The notes beneath the pieces are model-generated. The model saw only the letters and a list, made by a program, of their open reading frames with translations, had not been told where the DNA came from and did no database searches. A stretch of 64,000 bases of DNA from Candidatus Egerieisoma sp. (GTDB taxonomy: Bacteria > Bacillota > Clostridia > UBA1212 > UBA1255): contig JBGVNN010000041.1 in assembly GCA_045125595.1 (NCBI GenBank), positions 31,584 through 95,583 of the forward strand, read 5' to 3'. Positions within the stretch are counted from its first letter, which is position 1, and every line of letters starts with the position of its first letter. A program made the position numbers and the translations under genes. This document shows, piece after piece, positions 37,765 to 49,556 of this stretch.

Positions 37765-37793
37765 TTGACATAATCATAATGATTTAATAAAAT
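37765..37793 (+). promoter_or_regulatory. Sigma-A-type promoter upstream of citrate synthase-leuS-argS, followed by a 7-bp hairpin
   Basis: TTGACA, 17-nt spacer, TAAAAT, then hairpin AAGCTAT...ATAGCTT (37794-37824). Confidence 0.45.
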
Positions 37794-37848
37794 AAGCTAT
37801 TATACTTATATGGTATGATAGCTTATTTGTTTGTTGGAGGAAAAGCTG

Positions 37849-39234
37849 ATGTATCGAAATGATTATGTTCCTATAATAGAAAAACACAAGGATTTTATAC
37901 AGAAAATGTCCGATACAGCTGTAGCTAAAGATACATTTAATCCTGAACTTTACGGTAAATATAATGTTAAGCGCGGTTTGAGAAATTCGGATAATACAGG
38001 TGTACTTGTAGGTCTTACAAGTATAGGAGATGTTCGTGCGTATATCATTGAAGAAAACGAAAAGGTGCCGATTGACGGCAAGCTTCTGTACAGAGGCATA
38101 AGTGTAGAAGATTTAGCGGCAGGTTTTGAAAGAGATAAACGTTTTGGTTTTGAAGAAACTGCGTATCTTTTGATTACCGGTAAATTGCCGAATAAACAAG
38201 AATTAGAAGAGTTTAAATCAGTTCTTGATGACTATAGAAGACTTCCCGAAGGCTTTGCGGAGGATATGATAATGAAGGCGCCGAGCAAGGATATTATGAA
38301 TAAACTCGCTCGTTGTATGTTGGCATCGTATTCATATGATGTAAATCCTGATGATATTTCCTACGAAAATGTAATGCGCCAATGTATCAGACTTATAGCT
38401 CAAATACCTACTATGGCAGCATATGCATATCAAACAAGATGCCATTATTATTATGACGAGAGTTTGTATATTCATAATCCTCAAAGAGGCCTTTCAACAT
38501 CAGAAAATTTGCTTCAAATGATCAGACCTGACAGTAAATATACACGACTTGAGGCTGAGTCTCTTGATCTTGCACTTATTTTGCATGCAGAGCATGGCGG
38601 CGGTAACAATTCATCATTTACGGTTCATGTTGTAACATCAACAGGTACGGATACGTATTCGGCTATGGCAGCTGCAGTCGGAGCTTTAAAGGGTCCGAAA
38701 CACGGTGGTGCTAACCATTGCGTGATGGAAATGATGAAAGAAATGAAGAAAAACGTTAAAGATATAAAAGATAAAGGTCAGATTAAGGATTATCTTATAA
38801 AAATTCTAAAAAAAGAAGCGTATGACAAGACAGGACTTATTTATGGTATAGGCCATGCGGTATATACAAAATCTGACCCGAGAGCAAAGCTTTTGAAGCG
38901 CAAAGCCGAAGAACTTGCACATTCAATGGGACAGGAATGGGTAGATGAGTTTGAGTTTTACAATGCAGTAGAAGAACTTGCTCCCGTAGCATTTGAAGAA
39001 TACAGGCAAATACCCAAGATAATGTGTGCAAATGTGGATTTTTATTCCGGCTTGGTGTATACTATGCTTAATATACCGAAAGAGCTTTATACTCCTATTT
39101 TTGCTATTTCAAGAATAGCGGGATGGAGCGCACATCGTTTAGAAGAACTTGCGGTTAGTAACAGAATAATTCGACCGGCATATAAAAATGTCGGAGGCAA
39201 ACAACCATATATAGATATGGCTGACAGAGAATGA
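37849..39234 (+). CDS. Citrate synthase family protein (citrate or 2-methylcitrate synthase)
   Basis: Active-site region LILHAEHGGGNNSSFT...GPKHGGAN. RBS GGAGGA upstream of ATG 37849. Confidence 0.8.
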   Translation: MYRNDYVPIIEKHKDFIQKMSDTAVAKDTFNPELYGKYNVKRGLRNSDNTGVLVGLTSIGDVRAYIIEENEKVPIDGKLLYRGISVEDLAAGFERDKRFGFEETAYLLITGKLPNKQELEEFKSVLDDYRRLPEGFAEDMIMKAPSKDIMNKLARCMLASYSYDVNPDDISYENVMRQCIRLIAQIPTMAAYAYQTRCHYYYDESLYIHNPQRGLSTSENLLQMIRPDSKYTRLEAESLDLALILHAEHGGGNNSSFTVHVVTSTGTDTYSAMAAAVGALKGPKHGGANHCVMEMMKEMKKNVKDIKDKGQIKDYLIKILKKEAYDKTGLIYGIGHAVYTKSDPRAKLLKRKAEELAHSMGQEWVDEFEFYNAVEELAPVAFEEYRQIPKIMCANVDFYSGLVYTMLNIPKELYTPIFAISRIAGWSAHRLEELAVSNRIIRPAYKNVGGKQPYIDMADRE

Positions 39235-39273
39235 ATATAAAAGTTTTAATAGATTTTGAAGGAGATGCTTTCA

Positions 39274-41709
39274 ATGAAAGAGAAAATGTACGAGTACAGG
39301 CCGTCTGAGATAGAGGCTAAGTGGCAAAAAATTTGGGAAGAAGATAAGGCTTTTGAAGCTGTTATTGATAAAAGCAAAAAGAAATTCTATGGATTAATTG
39401 AATTTCCGTATCCATCGGGAAACGGACTTCATGTAGGCCATCCGAGATCAAATACTGCAATGGATATAATTGCAAGAAAACGCAGACTTGAGGGATATAA
39501 TGTAATTTTCCCTATCGGTTGGGATGCGTTCGGACTTCCGGCAGAGAATTTTGCCATAAAAAACAAAGTACATCCTTCAACAGTTACAGAGAAGAATGTT
39601 GCTCATTTTAAAGATCAGCTTAAAAAGATAGGTTTCTCATTTGACTGGTCAAGAGAAATCAACACAACAGATCCCGCTTATTACAAGTGGACACAATGGA
39701 TTTTCCTTAAATTATTTGAAAAGGGACTTGCATATAAAGCAGAAGTGCCGATTAACTGGTGTACAGAGTGTAAAGTAGGACTTGCAAACGAAGAAGTTGT
39801 AAACGGCGTGTGTGAACGTTGCGGCGGCGAAGTAGTACGTAAAGTCAAATCACAATGGATGCTCAAGATTACAGATTATGCACAAAAGCTTATCGAAGGT
39901 CTTGATAATGTTGATTTTATAGAAAAAGTTAAGACACAACAACGTAACTGGATCGGCAGAAGTGAAGGTGCTGAGGTAGATTTCAAAGTGCCTGCAGCAG
40001 AAGGCGTTGACAACGGTGTACTTACTGTATATACAACTCGTCCCGATACACTTTTCGGTGCAACATATATGGTTGTTTCTCCGGAGCATCCTATTTTAGA
40101 GAAAATTCAAGATAAAATTGAAAATTACAGCGAAGTGCTTGAATACAAAGCTGCTGCTGCAAAGAAATCAGATTTTGAGCGTACGGAAATGGCTAAAGAC
40201 AAGACAGGTGTAATGCTTAAAGGTGTTACTGCAATCAATCCTGTAAACGGCAAAGAAATCCCAATTTGGATATCTGACTACGTTTTGATTTCTTACGGTA
40301 CAGGTGCAATTATGGCAGTACCTGCGCATGATGACCGTGACTGGGCGTTTGCAAAGAAATTCGGTCTACCGATTATTGAAGTTGTTCAAGGCGGAGATGT
40401 ACAAAATGCTGCTTTCACAGATATTGAGACAGGTATCATGACAAACTCTCAATTCTTGGACGGATTAACAGTAGCAGAAGCTAAAAAAACAATAATTGAT
40501 TGGCTTGCTGATAAGGGATACGGTCATCGTAAAGTAAACTACAAACTTCGTGACTGGGTATTCAGCAGACAGAGATATTGGGGAGAACCTATTCCGCTTG
40601 TATATTGTGAACATTGCGGTTGGGTGCCGGTTCCTGAAAAAGAGCTTCCGGTTAAGCTTCCTGATATTGAAAATTATGTACAGACAGACAGCGGCGAATC
40701 TCCGCTTGTTAATGTACCTGAATGGGTTAATACGACTTGTCCTAAGTGCGGAGCTCCTGCAAAGAGAGAGACAGATACAATGCCTCAATGGGCAGGTTCT
40801 TCATGGTATTTTATAAGATACTGCGATCCTCACAACTCTGAAGAGATGATTTCAAAAGAGGCTATGGATTATTGGATGCCGGTTGACTGGTATAACGGCG
40901 GTATGGAGCATACAACACTTCACTTGCTCTACTCCAGATTCTGGCATAAATTCCTTTATGATGCAGGTATAATTTCATGCCCTGAGCCTTATATTAAGAG
41001 AACTTCACATGGTATGATTTTGGGTGAAAACGGCGAGAAAATGTCAAAATCAAGAGGAAATGTTATTAATCCCGATGATATTGTAGCAGAAATCGGCGCA
41101 GATGCTTTTCGTGTATACGAGATGTTTATGGGTGCGTTTGACCAAGCTATTCCGTGGTCCACACAAGGTGCAAGAGGTTGTTACAGATTCCTTGACAGAG
41201 TGTGGAAACTTCAGGATATTTTGACAGACGAAGATGGCATGTCAGATGAACTTAAATCTGCAGTTCACACTACAATAAAGAAAGTAACAGAAGATTACGA
41301 GAAGATGAAGTTCAACACAGCGATTGCCGCTATGATGACACTCGTTAATGATATTTATGCTTACGGCAAAATTACACGCGATGAACTTCGTGCGTTGCTC
41401 GTGCTTTTGAATCCTGCAGCGCCTCATATTACAGAGGAAATTTGGCAGATTCAAAAACTTTCCGATAAACCGATTTATAAATCAGAATGGCCGACATATG
41501 ACGAAAAAGCAATGGCTAAATCAGAAGTCGAGGTTGCCGTTCAAATTTGCGGTAAAGTAAAAATGAAGCTGATGGTGCCTTCTGCTTACGGCAAAGAAGA
41601 GACAGAAAAGTTTGCGCTCGCCAATGCTGACGTGCAAGCTCTCATCGGAGGCAAGCCGGTACGCAAAATCATTGCTGTTCCGGGCAGAATTGTTAACATT
41701 GTTGTATAA
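39274..41709 (+). CDS. leuS: Leucine--tRNA ligase
   Basis: HIGH-class motif (HVGHPRSNT) and KMSKS. About 810 aa. RBS AAGGAG upstream of ATG 39274. Confidence 0.9.
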   Translation: MKEKMYEYRPSEIEAKWQKIWEEDKAFEAVIDKSKKKFYGLIEFPYPSGNGLHVGHPRSNTAMDIIARKRRLEGYNVIFPIGWDAFGLPAENFAIKNKVHPSTVTEKNVAHFKDQLKKIGFSFDWSREINTTDPAYYKWTQWIFLKLFEKGLAYKAEVPINWCTECKVGLANEEVVNGVCERCGGEVVRKVKSQWMLKITDYAQKLIEGLDNVDFIEKVKTQQRNWIGRSEGAEVDFKVPAAEGVDNGVLTVYTTRPDTLFGATYMVVSPEHPILEKIQDKIENYSEVLEYKAAAAKKSDFERTEMAKDKTGVMLKGVTAINPVNGKEIPIWISDYVLISYGTGAIMAVPAHDDRDWAFAKKFGLPIIEVVQGGDVQNAAFTDIETGIMTNSQFLDGLTVAEAKKTIIDWLADKGYGHRKVNYKLRDWVFSRQRYWGEPIPLVYCEHCGWVPVPEKELPVKLPDIENYVQTDSGESPLVNVPEWVNTTCPKCGAPAKRETDTMPQWAGSSWYFIRYCDPHNSEEMISKEAMDYWMPVDWYNGGMEHTTLHLLYSRFWHKFLYDAGIISCPEPYIKRTSHGMILGENGEKMSKSRGNVINPDDIVAEIGADAFRVYEMFMGAFDQAIPWSTQGARGCYRFLDRVWKLQDILTDEDGMSDELKSAVHTTIKKVTEDYEKMKFNTAIAAMMTLVNDIYAYGKITRDELRALLVLLNPAAPHITEEIWQIQKLSDKPIYKSEWPTYDEKAMAKSEVEVAVQICGKVKMKLMVPSAYGKEETEKFALANADVQALIGGKPVRKIIAVPGRIVNIVV

Positions 41710-41727
41710 AAAGAGGAGATAATTTAA

Positions 41728-43455
41728 ATGAATTATAAAAAAGCAGCGGCAGAAATAATAGCTTCGGTAACTGATGCCGAGCAATTAACAATAGAGCAAG
41801 TCGAAAGTCTTATGGCAGTACCGCCCAATCCTGAAATGGGCGACGCGGCATTTCCGTGTTTTGCGCTTGCGAAAATTTTCAGAAAAGCACCTCCGGCAAT
41901 AGCAGCCGAGTTGTGCGAGAAAGTTTCCGCCGCAGTTGAAGAAAGTGAATTGTTTGAAAAAGCAGCGGCAATAGGCGGTTATTTAAACTTTTACTTAAAA
42001 AGAGGCTCTTTGGCAAAAGAAGTTGTCTCAGAAGTTCTTGAAAAGGGCGAGGATTACGGTAAGACATACGAAGGTGAAGGAAAGAAAGTTCTTGTGGAAT
42101 TTTCTTCACCAAATATTGCCAAACCATTTCACATTGGACACCTTGTAACAACGGCGCTCGGAAGTTCTCTTGAAAGAATTTACAGCTTTTTGGGTTATGA
42201 TACTGTGAAAATTAATCACTTGGGTGATTGGGGTACTCAGTTTGGTAAGCTTATTAGTGCGTACAAGCGTTGGGGAAACGCAGAAACGATAGAGGCAGAT
42301 CCGATTAATGAGCTTCTTAAGATTTATGTAAAATTCCACACAGAAGCAGAAGAGCATCCTGAGCTTGAGGATGAAGCAAGAGCTTACTTTAAAATGCTTG
42401 AAGATGGGGACGAAGAAATCACAAAGCTTTGGAGATTTTTCGTTGATGCCAGCTTAAAAGAATTTAATAAAACTTACAAGCTTCTTGATATTTCATTTGA
42501 TTCATACGCAGGAGAAAGCTTCTATTCAGACAAAATGCCTGAGGTTGTAGAACTTCTCAAAGAAAAAAATCTTCTTGAAGAAAGTGACGGAGCGCAAGTT
42601 GTTCGTTTTGATGACGCGAATATTCCGCCTTGTATTATTCTTAAATCAGACGGTACGACAATTTACGCGACACGCGATTTGGCTGCAGCTATATATCGCA
42701 AGAGAACATATGACTTTGATAAAAACATATATGTTGTAGGTACACCTCAAGCGCTTCACTTTAAACAAATTTTCTCAGTTTTGGATAAAATGGGATATGC
42801 GTGGTCAAAAGATTGCGTTCACGTAGGTTTTGGCTATGTGCGTTTCCCTGATAAAGTGCTTTCTACCCGTCATGGTGATGTTGTATTCTTGGAAGATGTT
42901 CTTCGTGAGTCAATAGAGAAAACAAAAGAAGTTATCGAAAACAGCTCTACAAGCAAAAATATTGAAGATATTGATGAGGTTGCAGAGAAAATCGGTGTCG
43001 GTGCTATATTGTATTCGTTCCTTAAAAACGGCCGCGAAAAAGATATTGTATTTACATGGAAAGACATACTTGATTTCGAAGGCGAATCCGGACCATATGT
43101 ACAATATGCATATGCAAGAGGTAAGAGTGTTTTGAGAAAAGCTGTTGAGAGCGGCATAGATTATTCGGGCGCTGATTTGTCATTACTTGAGGGAAGCGAT
43201 GAGTTTGAGTTGGTAAAACTTATCAATTCTTTGAGTGATGCGGTAAAAGATGCGGCTAATAAAAATGAGCCTTGTTGTATTACAAGATATGTGACAGACC
43301 TCGCTCAGCTCTTTAATAAGTTTTATAACACATGCAATATTATGAAATCAGAGCCTGCACTCAGAGACGCACGTCTTAAGCTTACAGAAGCGGCTTGTGT
43401 ATGTATCAAAACAGCATTGTATCTTATAGGTGTACGTGTTGTGGAGAAGATGTAA
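41728..43455 (+). CDS. argS: Arginine--tRNA ligase
   Basis: HIGH motif SSPNIAKPFHIGHL plus a C-terminal DALR anticodon-binding region. 575 aa. Confidence 0.9.
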   Translation: MNYKKAAAEIIASVTDAEQLTIEQVESLMAVPPNPEMGDAAFPCFALAKIFRKAPPAIAAELCEKVSAAVEESELFEKAAAIGGYLNFYLKRGSLAKEVVSEVLEKGEDYGKTYEGEGKKVLVEFSSPNIAKPFHIGHLVTTALGSSLERIYSFLGYDTVKINHLGDWGTQFGKLISAYKRWGNAETIEADPINELLKIYVKFHTEAEEHPELEDEARAYFKMLEDGDEEITKLWRFFVDASLKEFNKTYKLLDISFDSYAGESFYSDKMPEVVELLKEKNLLEESDGAQVVRFDDANIPPCIILKSDGTTIYATRDLAAAIYRKRTYDFDKNIYVVGTPQALHFKQIFSVLDKMGYAWSKDCVHVGFGYVRFPDKVLSTRHGDVVFLEDVLRESIEKTKEVIENSSTSKNIEDIDEVAEKIGVGAILYSFLKNGREKDIVFTWKDILDFEGESGPYVQYAYARGKSVLRKAVESGIDYSGADLSLLEGSDEFELVKLINSLSDAVKDAANKNEPCCITRYVTDLAQLFNKFYNTCNIMKSEPALRDARLKLTEAACVCIKTALYLIGVRVVEKM

Positions 43456-43527
43456 ATTCGGCTTGCGATAATATAATTTGATTTTTATAAAAAATCGTGC
43501 TAAGTTATAGTTGAAAGTTGGTTTGAT

Positions 43528-44439
43528 ATGAAAGCAGAACAAAATTTATGGATACAAAAAAAGAAAAAAATTATTATGCTTATAGCTGCTGTTATGGCGG
43601 TTATATTTCTTGTATCTTTTGTAAGCTTCTTTAAAACCGATGAAGTAGATTTACCGAAAGAATATAAACCTTATGAATCCATGTATAATGCATCCAGATA
43701 TTTCTTCAGAGTATTTTATCCTGATGATTGGAATGTAAATGCTGATCAATACGGTTTCTTATTGAACGAAGAAGGTTTGGTATTGGAACTTTTTCCATTA
43801 AGAAAAATACTGACTACTCCGAGTGCGACAGGTGACGGTAAATCTACGCCAACGCCTACCCCTGTGCCTACACTTCCGACAGGCAGCGGTGCTTCCGCAA
43901 CAGTAGACCCGAGAGCAGGTATGGAGAGAAATCCTGATCTAACGATGAAAATTTATTATCATAAGTATGATGATGTAAAGAATTTAATTGAATCGTCAAA
44001 AGATAAAGTTGAATCTGATGTAACGGCAGAAGCAACGAGTTCTCCTACATCGATGGTTACTGCCACACCGCAAGCTACACAAAAAGCTGAATCGACTTCT
44101 GCAGCTACGGCAACTGCCGGTAATAAAACAGCTCCGATAGAGCTTGTTGATTTGGCTGAATATTTATTTGATGAATTTAAAACAAAGAACAAAGATAGTG
44201 AATACCAATACAGTTTCATTGCTCCAAAAACATATAAAGGAGCAAATGTTGAATATTGTGTTTTGCCGTACACATATGTTAAAGATGATATTAAAATGTC
44301 AGGTGAGATGTATGTTGCATCAAGAGCTATGGCATATTATGTAATATATGTTGATGGCACATTGTCTTCTTTTACAAAATATAATACTGTATTTGAGAAT
44401 ATTTTATACAATTTAAAATTCTCTGTGTTTGATTATTAA
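43528..44439 (+). CDS. Membrane-anchored hypothetical protein with Thr/Pro-rich linker
   Basis: N-terminal TM (IIMLIAAVMAVIFLV) and TPTPTPVPT low-complexity segments. Confidence 0.55.
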   Translation: MKAEQNLWIQKKKKIIMLIAAVMAVIFLVSFVSFFKTDEVDLPKEYKPYESMYNASRYFFRVFYPDDWNVNADQYGFLLNEEGLVLELFPLRKILTTPSATGDGKSTPTPTPVPTLPTGSGASATVDPRAGMERNPDLTMKIYYHKYDDVKNLIESSKDKVESDVTAEATSSPTSMVTATPQATQKAESTSAATATAGNKTAPIELVDLAEYLFDEFKTKNKDSEYQYSFIAPKTYKGANVEYCVLPYTYVKDDIKMSGEMYVASRAMAYYVIYVDGTLSSFTKYNTVFENILYNLKFSVFDY

Positions 44440-44459
44440 TATTCAAGGGGTGGTTAATA

Positions 44460-46180
44460 TGAAAAGCAATTGTTTAAAGCTCGCAACTTCATTAATGATG
44501 CTTGTGCTTTGTTTTGCTGTTTTGTTTTCTGGTTGTACTGAGCAGAATATACCGCAAACTCCGGTTTCTACCGATAGTCCTATAGCCGGGTTGTCTTCTC
44601 CTATCCCTACACCGGATAAAGAGAATAAAGGTGAGCATTATGATGAGAATATTAGCATTTTCGGTGACTTTATAAACAATGTGTATGCATACGAATGTGT
44701 ATATCAGTTTTATAAAAATGCTGATAAAGACTCAGCTTTTTCACACGTTGTACAATTGAAAAAGATGGTTATGGCAGCTATAAATAAAGATTGTTTTCTT
44801 AAAGACTCAGAAAAAGCCGCAATAGAAAAAAATGCAGAAAGCCATCTGAATATGAAGTTTAATACACTATCATTAGATTGTGAGAAAACACCTGATGCAA
44901 TTGCTCAAGAAATATACGGTATCACATTTGAACAATATAAAAAATTGAGACTTTGTGAATCTTTGGCAGAAAAATATCGTAAAGAACTCGTTGAAGACTA
45001 TTTGGAAAATAATATCAGCGAGAATGATATTAAAGCATTTTATGATTCAAATAAAAACATATATGATTTTGCTGTACTGAGGTACATATCATATAAGTTG
45101 GATGCAGGAGGCTCATCTTCGGAGAACCAATCAAAAAGAAAAGCAGCAGAGCGTTTGTGCTCGAAATTGCAAACCGTTGAGGATATGCTCAATATTATAG
45201 GCGGTGAATCAGAAAAACAAAGCGAAGGTAATTCAAATGGTCAAGTTACTGTATATATGAATGAAACGCAGAGCATCTATTATGAGTTTTTAGAAGAGGG
45301 TGGCACAAAAGTAAATTCAAAGACAGTTGTCCACGATAAGAATAATGCGTATGTGGTAATGTGCGAAGCTTTCTATACATGGGAAAATTCAGACGATGTT
45401 AAAAAATCAGTTAAGGAAGCTTATGCTAATGATTTAGCTGAAAAAGAAATAGTTTCCAGTGTTAATTTACAATACACTGAACCGGAGGATTGGTATAAAA
45501 TGTCAGGATTAGAAGAAATTAATGCAGCAAAAAACATTGATGATTATTCGTCTTTAATGAACAAACTTGAAATTGCGTCAAAAGCTGATACACTTTTTTT
45601 GACAGTTCAAGAACCCGATAGTAAAACTGACTGTCGCTTTTATGCATATGAAAAGAAAAACGGTGAGTGGCAACAAGTTTTTAAAACACCGGGGTATGTT
45701 GGCAGAAGTGGTATAGAGGATCCTACAAACAGAGTTGAGGGTAACGGTACTACTCCTTCTGGCGTATATTCGTTTGGTATGCTTTTTGGTATAAATGATA
45801 ATCCGGGAAGTCTTCAAAAACCTTATAAGAAAGTTGATAATGATGATTATTGGGATGGAGACAGACATTCTGATACATATAATCAATATGTTAAAGGCAG
45901 TGAAATGCCATCTTCATGGAATAGCGGTGCATCCGAGCATTTGATTGATTATAAGTATTCATATAATTATGCAGTAATGGTGAATTATAATGTGAATCCA
46001 ACTATAAAGGGCAAGGGTTCAGCGATATTTTTGCATTGCACAAGACCGGGTGCTCTAAGCTCGGCAGGATGCATTTCGATACCTGAAGACAAAATGATAA
46101 AATCATTAAGAATGATAGACGATAATGCGTATATTGTAATCTTAGAAGAAATTGAAGATATTGTAAAATTTTACAAATAA
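44460..46180 (+). CDS. Lipoprotein with C-terminal L,D-transpeptidase (YkuD)-like catalytic domain
   Basis: Lipobox LFSGC. C-terminal IFLHCTRPGALSSAGCISIP fits the LdtD H...S.GC[IV] catalytic motif. RBS GGGGTGG upstream of ATG 44460. Confidence 0.65.
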
Positions 46181-46218
46181 TAAAAAAAGGGTTTTTATAG
46201 AATGTGTCGTATAATAAG

Positions 46219-46248
46219 GCAACGAATTATTTATCGTTGCTTTTATTT
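46219..46248 (+). terminator. Rho-independent terminator before dnaG
   Basis: Stem GCAACGA/TCGTTGC with an 8-nt loop and TTTTATTT. Confidence 0.7.
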
Positions 46249-46280
46249 CTTTATAAGTGTTTTAGAAAGGTGCGGGAGTT

Positions 46281-48122
46281 TTGATTTCACAGCGACAAAT
46301 CGACGAGATTATCGAAAAAAATGATATCGGTGATGTAATCGGAGAGTATGTTAGGTTAGAACGTAAGGGTAGTGGTTATATGGCTTGCTGTCCTTTTCAC
46401 AACGAGAAAACTCCTTCTTTTTCAGTTCACGAAGGTAAACAGATTTTTAAATGCTTTGGTTGCGGTAAAGGTGGCAATGTAGTTAATTTTATTATGCTTG
46501 CAGAGAATTTAACATATCCCGAAGCACTTGAGTTTTTGGCTGAACGTGCAGGGATTGTGTTAGAAAAATCAATAAACAAAGCGGCCGAAGAGAAAAACAA
46601 AATTAAAAATGATATATTCACTGTAAATAAAGTTGCAGCAAGATTTTTTTATGAAACATTAAAGAAATCTCCTAATGCTCAAAAATATTTTTATGACAGA
46701 GGCATCAGGGCAGAAACGGTAAAACAATTCGGACTTGGATATGCCCCTGATAGTTGGGATGGATTGTATCAGCATTTTATGAAGAGCGGTATTGCTCCTG
46801 ATACTGCATTGCTTGAAAAGGCAGGACTGATTACTGCAAAAAAGGACAAGCCGGGACAGTATTATGATAAATTTCGTAACAGAGTAATCTTTCCGATTTT
46901 TGATGTACAAGGAAATGTAATCGCTTTTGGCGGCAGAGTAATGGATGATTCTATGCCGAAATATTTAAACTCTCCGGAGACGCCGGCGTACAGTAAAGGC
47001 AGAAATTTGTATGCATTAAATGTAGCCAAAAAGTCTCAATCTGATAAGGTTATTATTGTTGAAGGTTACATGGATTGTATTGCGCTTCATAAAGCCGGCA
47101 TAAATTGGGCGGTAGCATCTCTTGGTACGGCGCTTACACAGGAACAAGCAAGATTGCTAAAAAAATACTTCAATGAGGTTATTATCGGTTATGATGCTGA
47201 CAGTGCCGGACAAAAGGCTACACTCAGGGGGTTGGATATACTTGCTAAGGCGGGATTCAGGGTAAGGGTTCTTTCTTTGGCAGACATTGATAAAAATGTT
47301 AAAGATCCTGATGAGTTTTTGAAAAAACACAGCGTTGATGATTTTATGAAAGCTGTTAATATGTCAAAGTCTTTGATAGAATACAAAATTTCAAAAATCG
47401 AAGAAAGATATCCGGTGACTACAATAGAGTCTAAAGCAATGTTTTTAAAAGCTTCTACTAAAGTACTTGCAGGTATAACAGGACAAGCAGAGAAAGATAT
47501 TTACGCCGATTGGTTTTCAAAGAAGTATCATGTATCTAAAGACTCACTTGTTTCCGAAATAGAACATATTCAATACAACGGGATGAAAGATGATAACGAA
47601 GGCAGAACCAAGAGAATTGTCAGAGCCTCGCTTGTTAATAATGAAAGTGAAGAAGCGAAGACACAACAGCTTTCTCCGGAGCAAGTGAAAATTGACAAGA
47701 ATATAAAAACATTATTGCTTCTCATAAGTGATGATAAGAAAGCTATGGACAAGTACTATGACAGTATAAAAGAGTTATGTACGTCAGAGATTAACTTGAA
47801 TTTGCTTGAAAAGCTTAAAAATCGTTATGATAACGCAGGTAAAACAGGACCGGAGGCAATATTGGCTGATGCAACAGATGCTTCCGAAGAAGAAATTGTA
47901 TTATTAACAGATTTAATTAGCAAATGGCTAAGACCTCCGGATACCGATGAGGCATGCCGTAAAATTTTAAATAATTGCTTGATATTAAACTGTGATATAA
48001 AAATTGCATGTATAAATGAAATGCTTGAGGACACCAATATTAGTAAAGAGGAGAAGACAGCCCTGTTGAGGGAAATTGCTGCTATAATCGAAGAAAGGAA
48101 GAAGTACAAAAATGGCAAGTAA
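46281..48122 (+). CDS. dnaG: DNA primase
   Basis: Zinc-binding [11 protein letters not shown]...CFGCG, Toprim domain (EGYMDCIAL). TTG start. Confidence 0.9.
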   Translation: MISQRQIDEIIEKNDIGDVIGEYVRLERKGSGYMACCPFHNEKTPSFSVHEGKQIFKCFGCGKGGNVVNFIMLAENLTYPEALEFLAERAGIVLEKSINKAAEEKNKIKNDIFTVNKVAARFFYETLKKSPNAQKYFYDRGIRAETVKQFGLGYAPDSWDGLYQHFMKSGIAPDTALLEKAGLITAKKDKPGQYYDKFRNRVIFPIFDVQGNVIAFGGRVMDDSMPKYLNSPETPAYSKGRNLYALNVAKKSQSDKVIIVEGYMDCIALHKAGINWAVASLGTALTQEQARLLKKYFNEVIIGYDADSAGQKATLRGLDILAKAGFRVRVLSLADIDKNVKDPDEFLKKHSVDDFMKAVNMSKSLIEYKISKIEERYPVTTIESKAMFLKASTKVLAGITGQAEKDIYADWFSKKYHVSKDSLVSEIEHIQYNGMKDDNEGRTKRIVRASLVNNESEEAKTQQLSPEQVKIDKNIKTLLLLISDDKKAMDKYYDSIKELCTSEINLNLLEKLKNRYDNAGKTGPEAILADATDASEEEIVLLTDLISKWLRPPDTDEACRKILNNCLILNCDIKIACINEMLEDTNISKEEKTALLREIAAIIEERKKYKNGK

Positions 48123-49497
48123 GAAAAACAATCAAAAAGATAAGGAAAACACACAAGATTTTGAAATCTTTGATGAAATCTCAGAAGATATTAAGTCAAA
48201 AGATAGTTTTGATATTGATATGGACGAGGATGACGAATTAGATGATTTTGACGTTTTTGAAATCGAAGAACCGGAGAATCTTGAAGGCATAGAAGAAGAA
48301 CCTCTTGATTTTGATTTGGACGTTGATGTAGATGCTGTAGACGCAATTCCGAATGATGATGACAGCGTTGAGGATTATGATGAGTCTGATTTCAATGCAA
48401 CTCCGATATTAACCAAAGAAGATAAAGCTGTTTTCAATGATGAACCGCTTGTTATAGCACTCTTTGAAAAAAGCAAAATTAAAGGCTCGATGACATTTGA
48501 TGAAATCAATGCAGTTCTTGATGAAACAGATTTAGAACCTGAAATTATTGATAAGATTTATGAAGTAGCGGAGAGAGTTGGTATTGCAATCGTAGGAGAA
48601 TACGATTTGTCCAATACAGAGGCAAGTAAACAATATGTTGAGGACCTTGAATCCCTTGCAGAGGGTGTTGGTCTTGAAGATCACGTAAGAATGTATCTTA
48701 AAGAAATAGGTAAAGTACCGCTTCTTACAGCAGAAGAAGAAGTTGAACTTGCAATTCGTATAGAACATGGTGATGAAGCAGCTAAAGACAGACTTAATGA
48801 AGCCAATTTGAGACTTGTTGTAAGTATTGCAAAGCGTTATGTAGGTAAAGGTATGCAATTCCTCGATTTGATACAAGAAGGTAATTTGGGACTTCTCAAA
48901 GCTGTAGAAAAATTCGATTACAGAAAAGGTTATAAATTCAGTACTTATGCTACATGGTGGATTCGACAAGCAATAACAAGAGCTATTGCTGACCAGGCGC
49001 GTACAATTCGTATTCCTGTTCATATGGTTGAGACAATTCATAAATTGGGAAGAGTTTCACGCCAACTTTCACAAGAATTGGGTAAGGATCCCACACCTGA
49101 ACAGATTGCACAAGAAATGAATATGCCTGTGGATAAAGTTCGCGAAATAATGAAAATTTCTCAAGATCCTGTTTCTTTGGAGACTCCTGTTGGTGAAGAA
49201 GAAGATAGCCATATTGGTGATTTTATACCGGATGATGATGCTCCGGCTCCGTCAGAAAGTGCCGCGGCAATTTTACTTCGTGAGCAACTGATGGAAGTAC
49301 TTGAAACATTAACTCCGAGAGAACAAAAAGTATTAAGACTTCGTTTTGGCCTTGATGACGGATGTCAGAGAACTCTCGAAGAAGTTGGTAAAGAGTTCCA
49401 TGTTACAAGGGAGCGTATAAGACAAATTGAAGCAAAAGCTTTGAGAAAGCTTCGTCACCCAAGTCGCAGTAAAAAACTTAAAGACTATATTGATTAA
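48112..49497 (+). CDS. rpoD: RNA polymerase primary sigma factor (sigma-70/SigA)
   Basis: Regions 2-4 ([18 protein letters not shown]...[14 protein letters not shown]). Acidic N-terminal region. dnaG-rpoD operon arrangement. Confidence 0.95.
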   Translation: MASKKNNQKDKENTQDFEIFDEISEDIKSKDSFDIDMDEDDELDDFDVFEIEEPENLEGIEEEPLDFDLDVDVDAVDAIPNDDDSVEDYDESDFNATPILTKEDKAVFNDEPLVIALFEKSKIKGSMTFDEINAVLDETDLEPEIIDKIYEVAERVGIAIVGEYDLSNTEASKQYVEDLESLAEGVGLEDHVRMYLKEIGKVPLLTAEEEVELAIRIEHGDEAAKDRLNEANLRLVVSIAKRYVGKGMQFLDLIQEGNLGLLKAVEKFDYRKGYKFSTYATWWIRQAITRAIADQARTIRIPVHMVETIHKLGRVSRQLSQELGKDPTPEQIAQEMNMPVDKVREIMKISQDPVSLETPVGEEEDSHIGDFIPDDDAPAPSESAAAILLREQLMEVLETLTPREQKVLRLRFGLDDGCQRTLEEVGKEFHVTRERIRQIEAKALRKLRHPSRSKKLKDYID

Positions 49498-49556
49498 GAA
49501 GTATTTAGAATAAATGAGAACAGTTTAAATATACTGTATCTCAGAGGTGAGTATAT

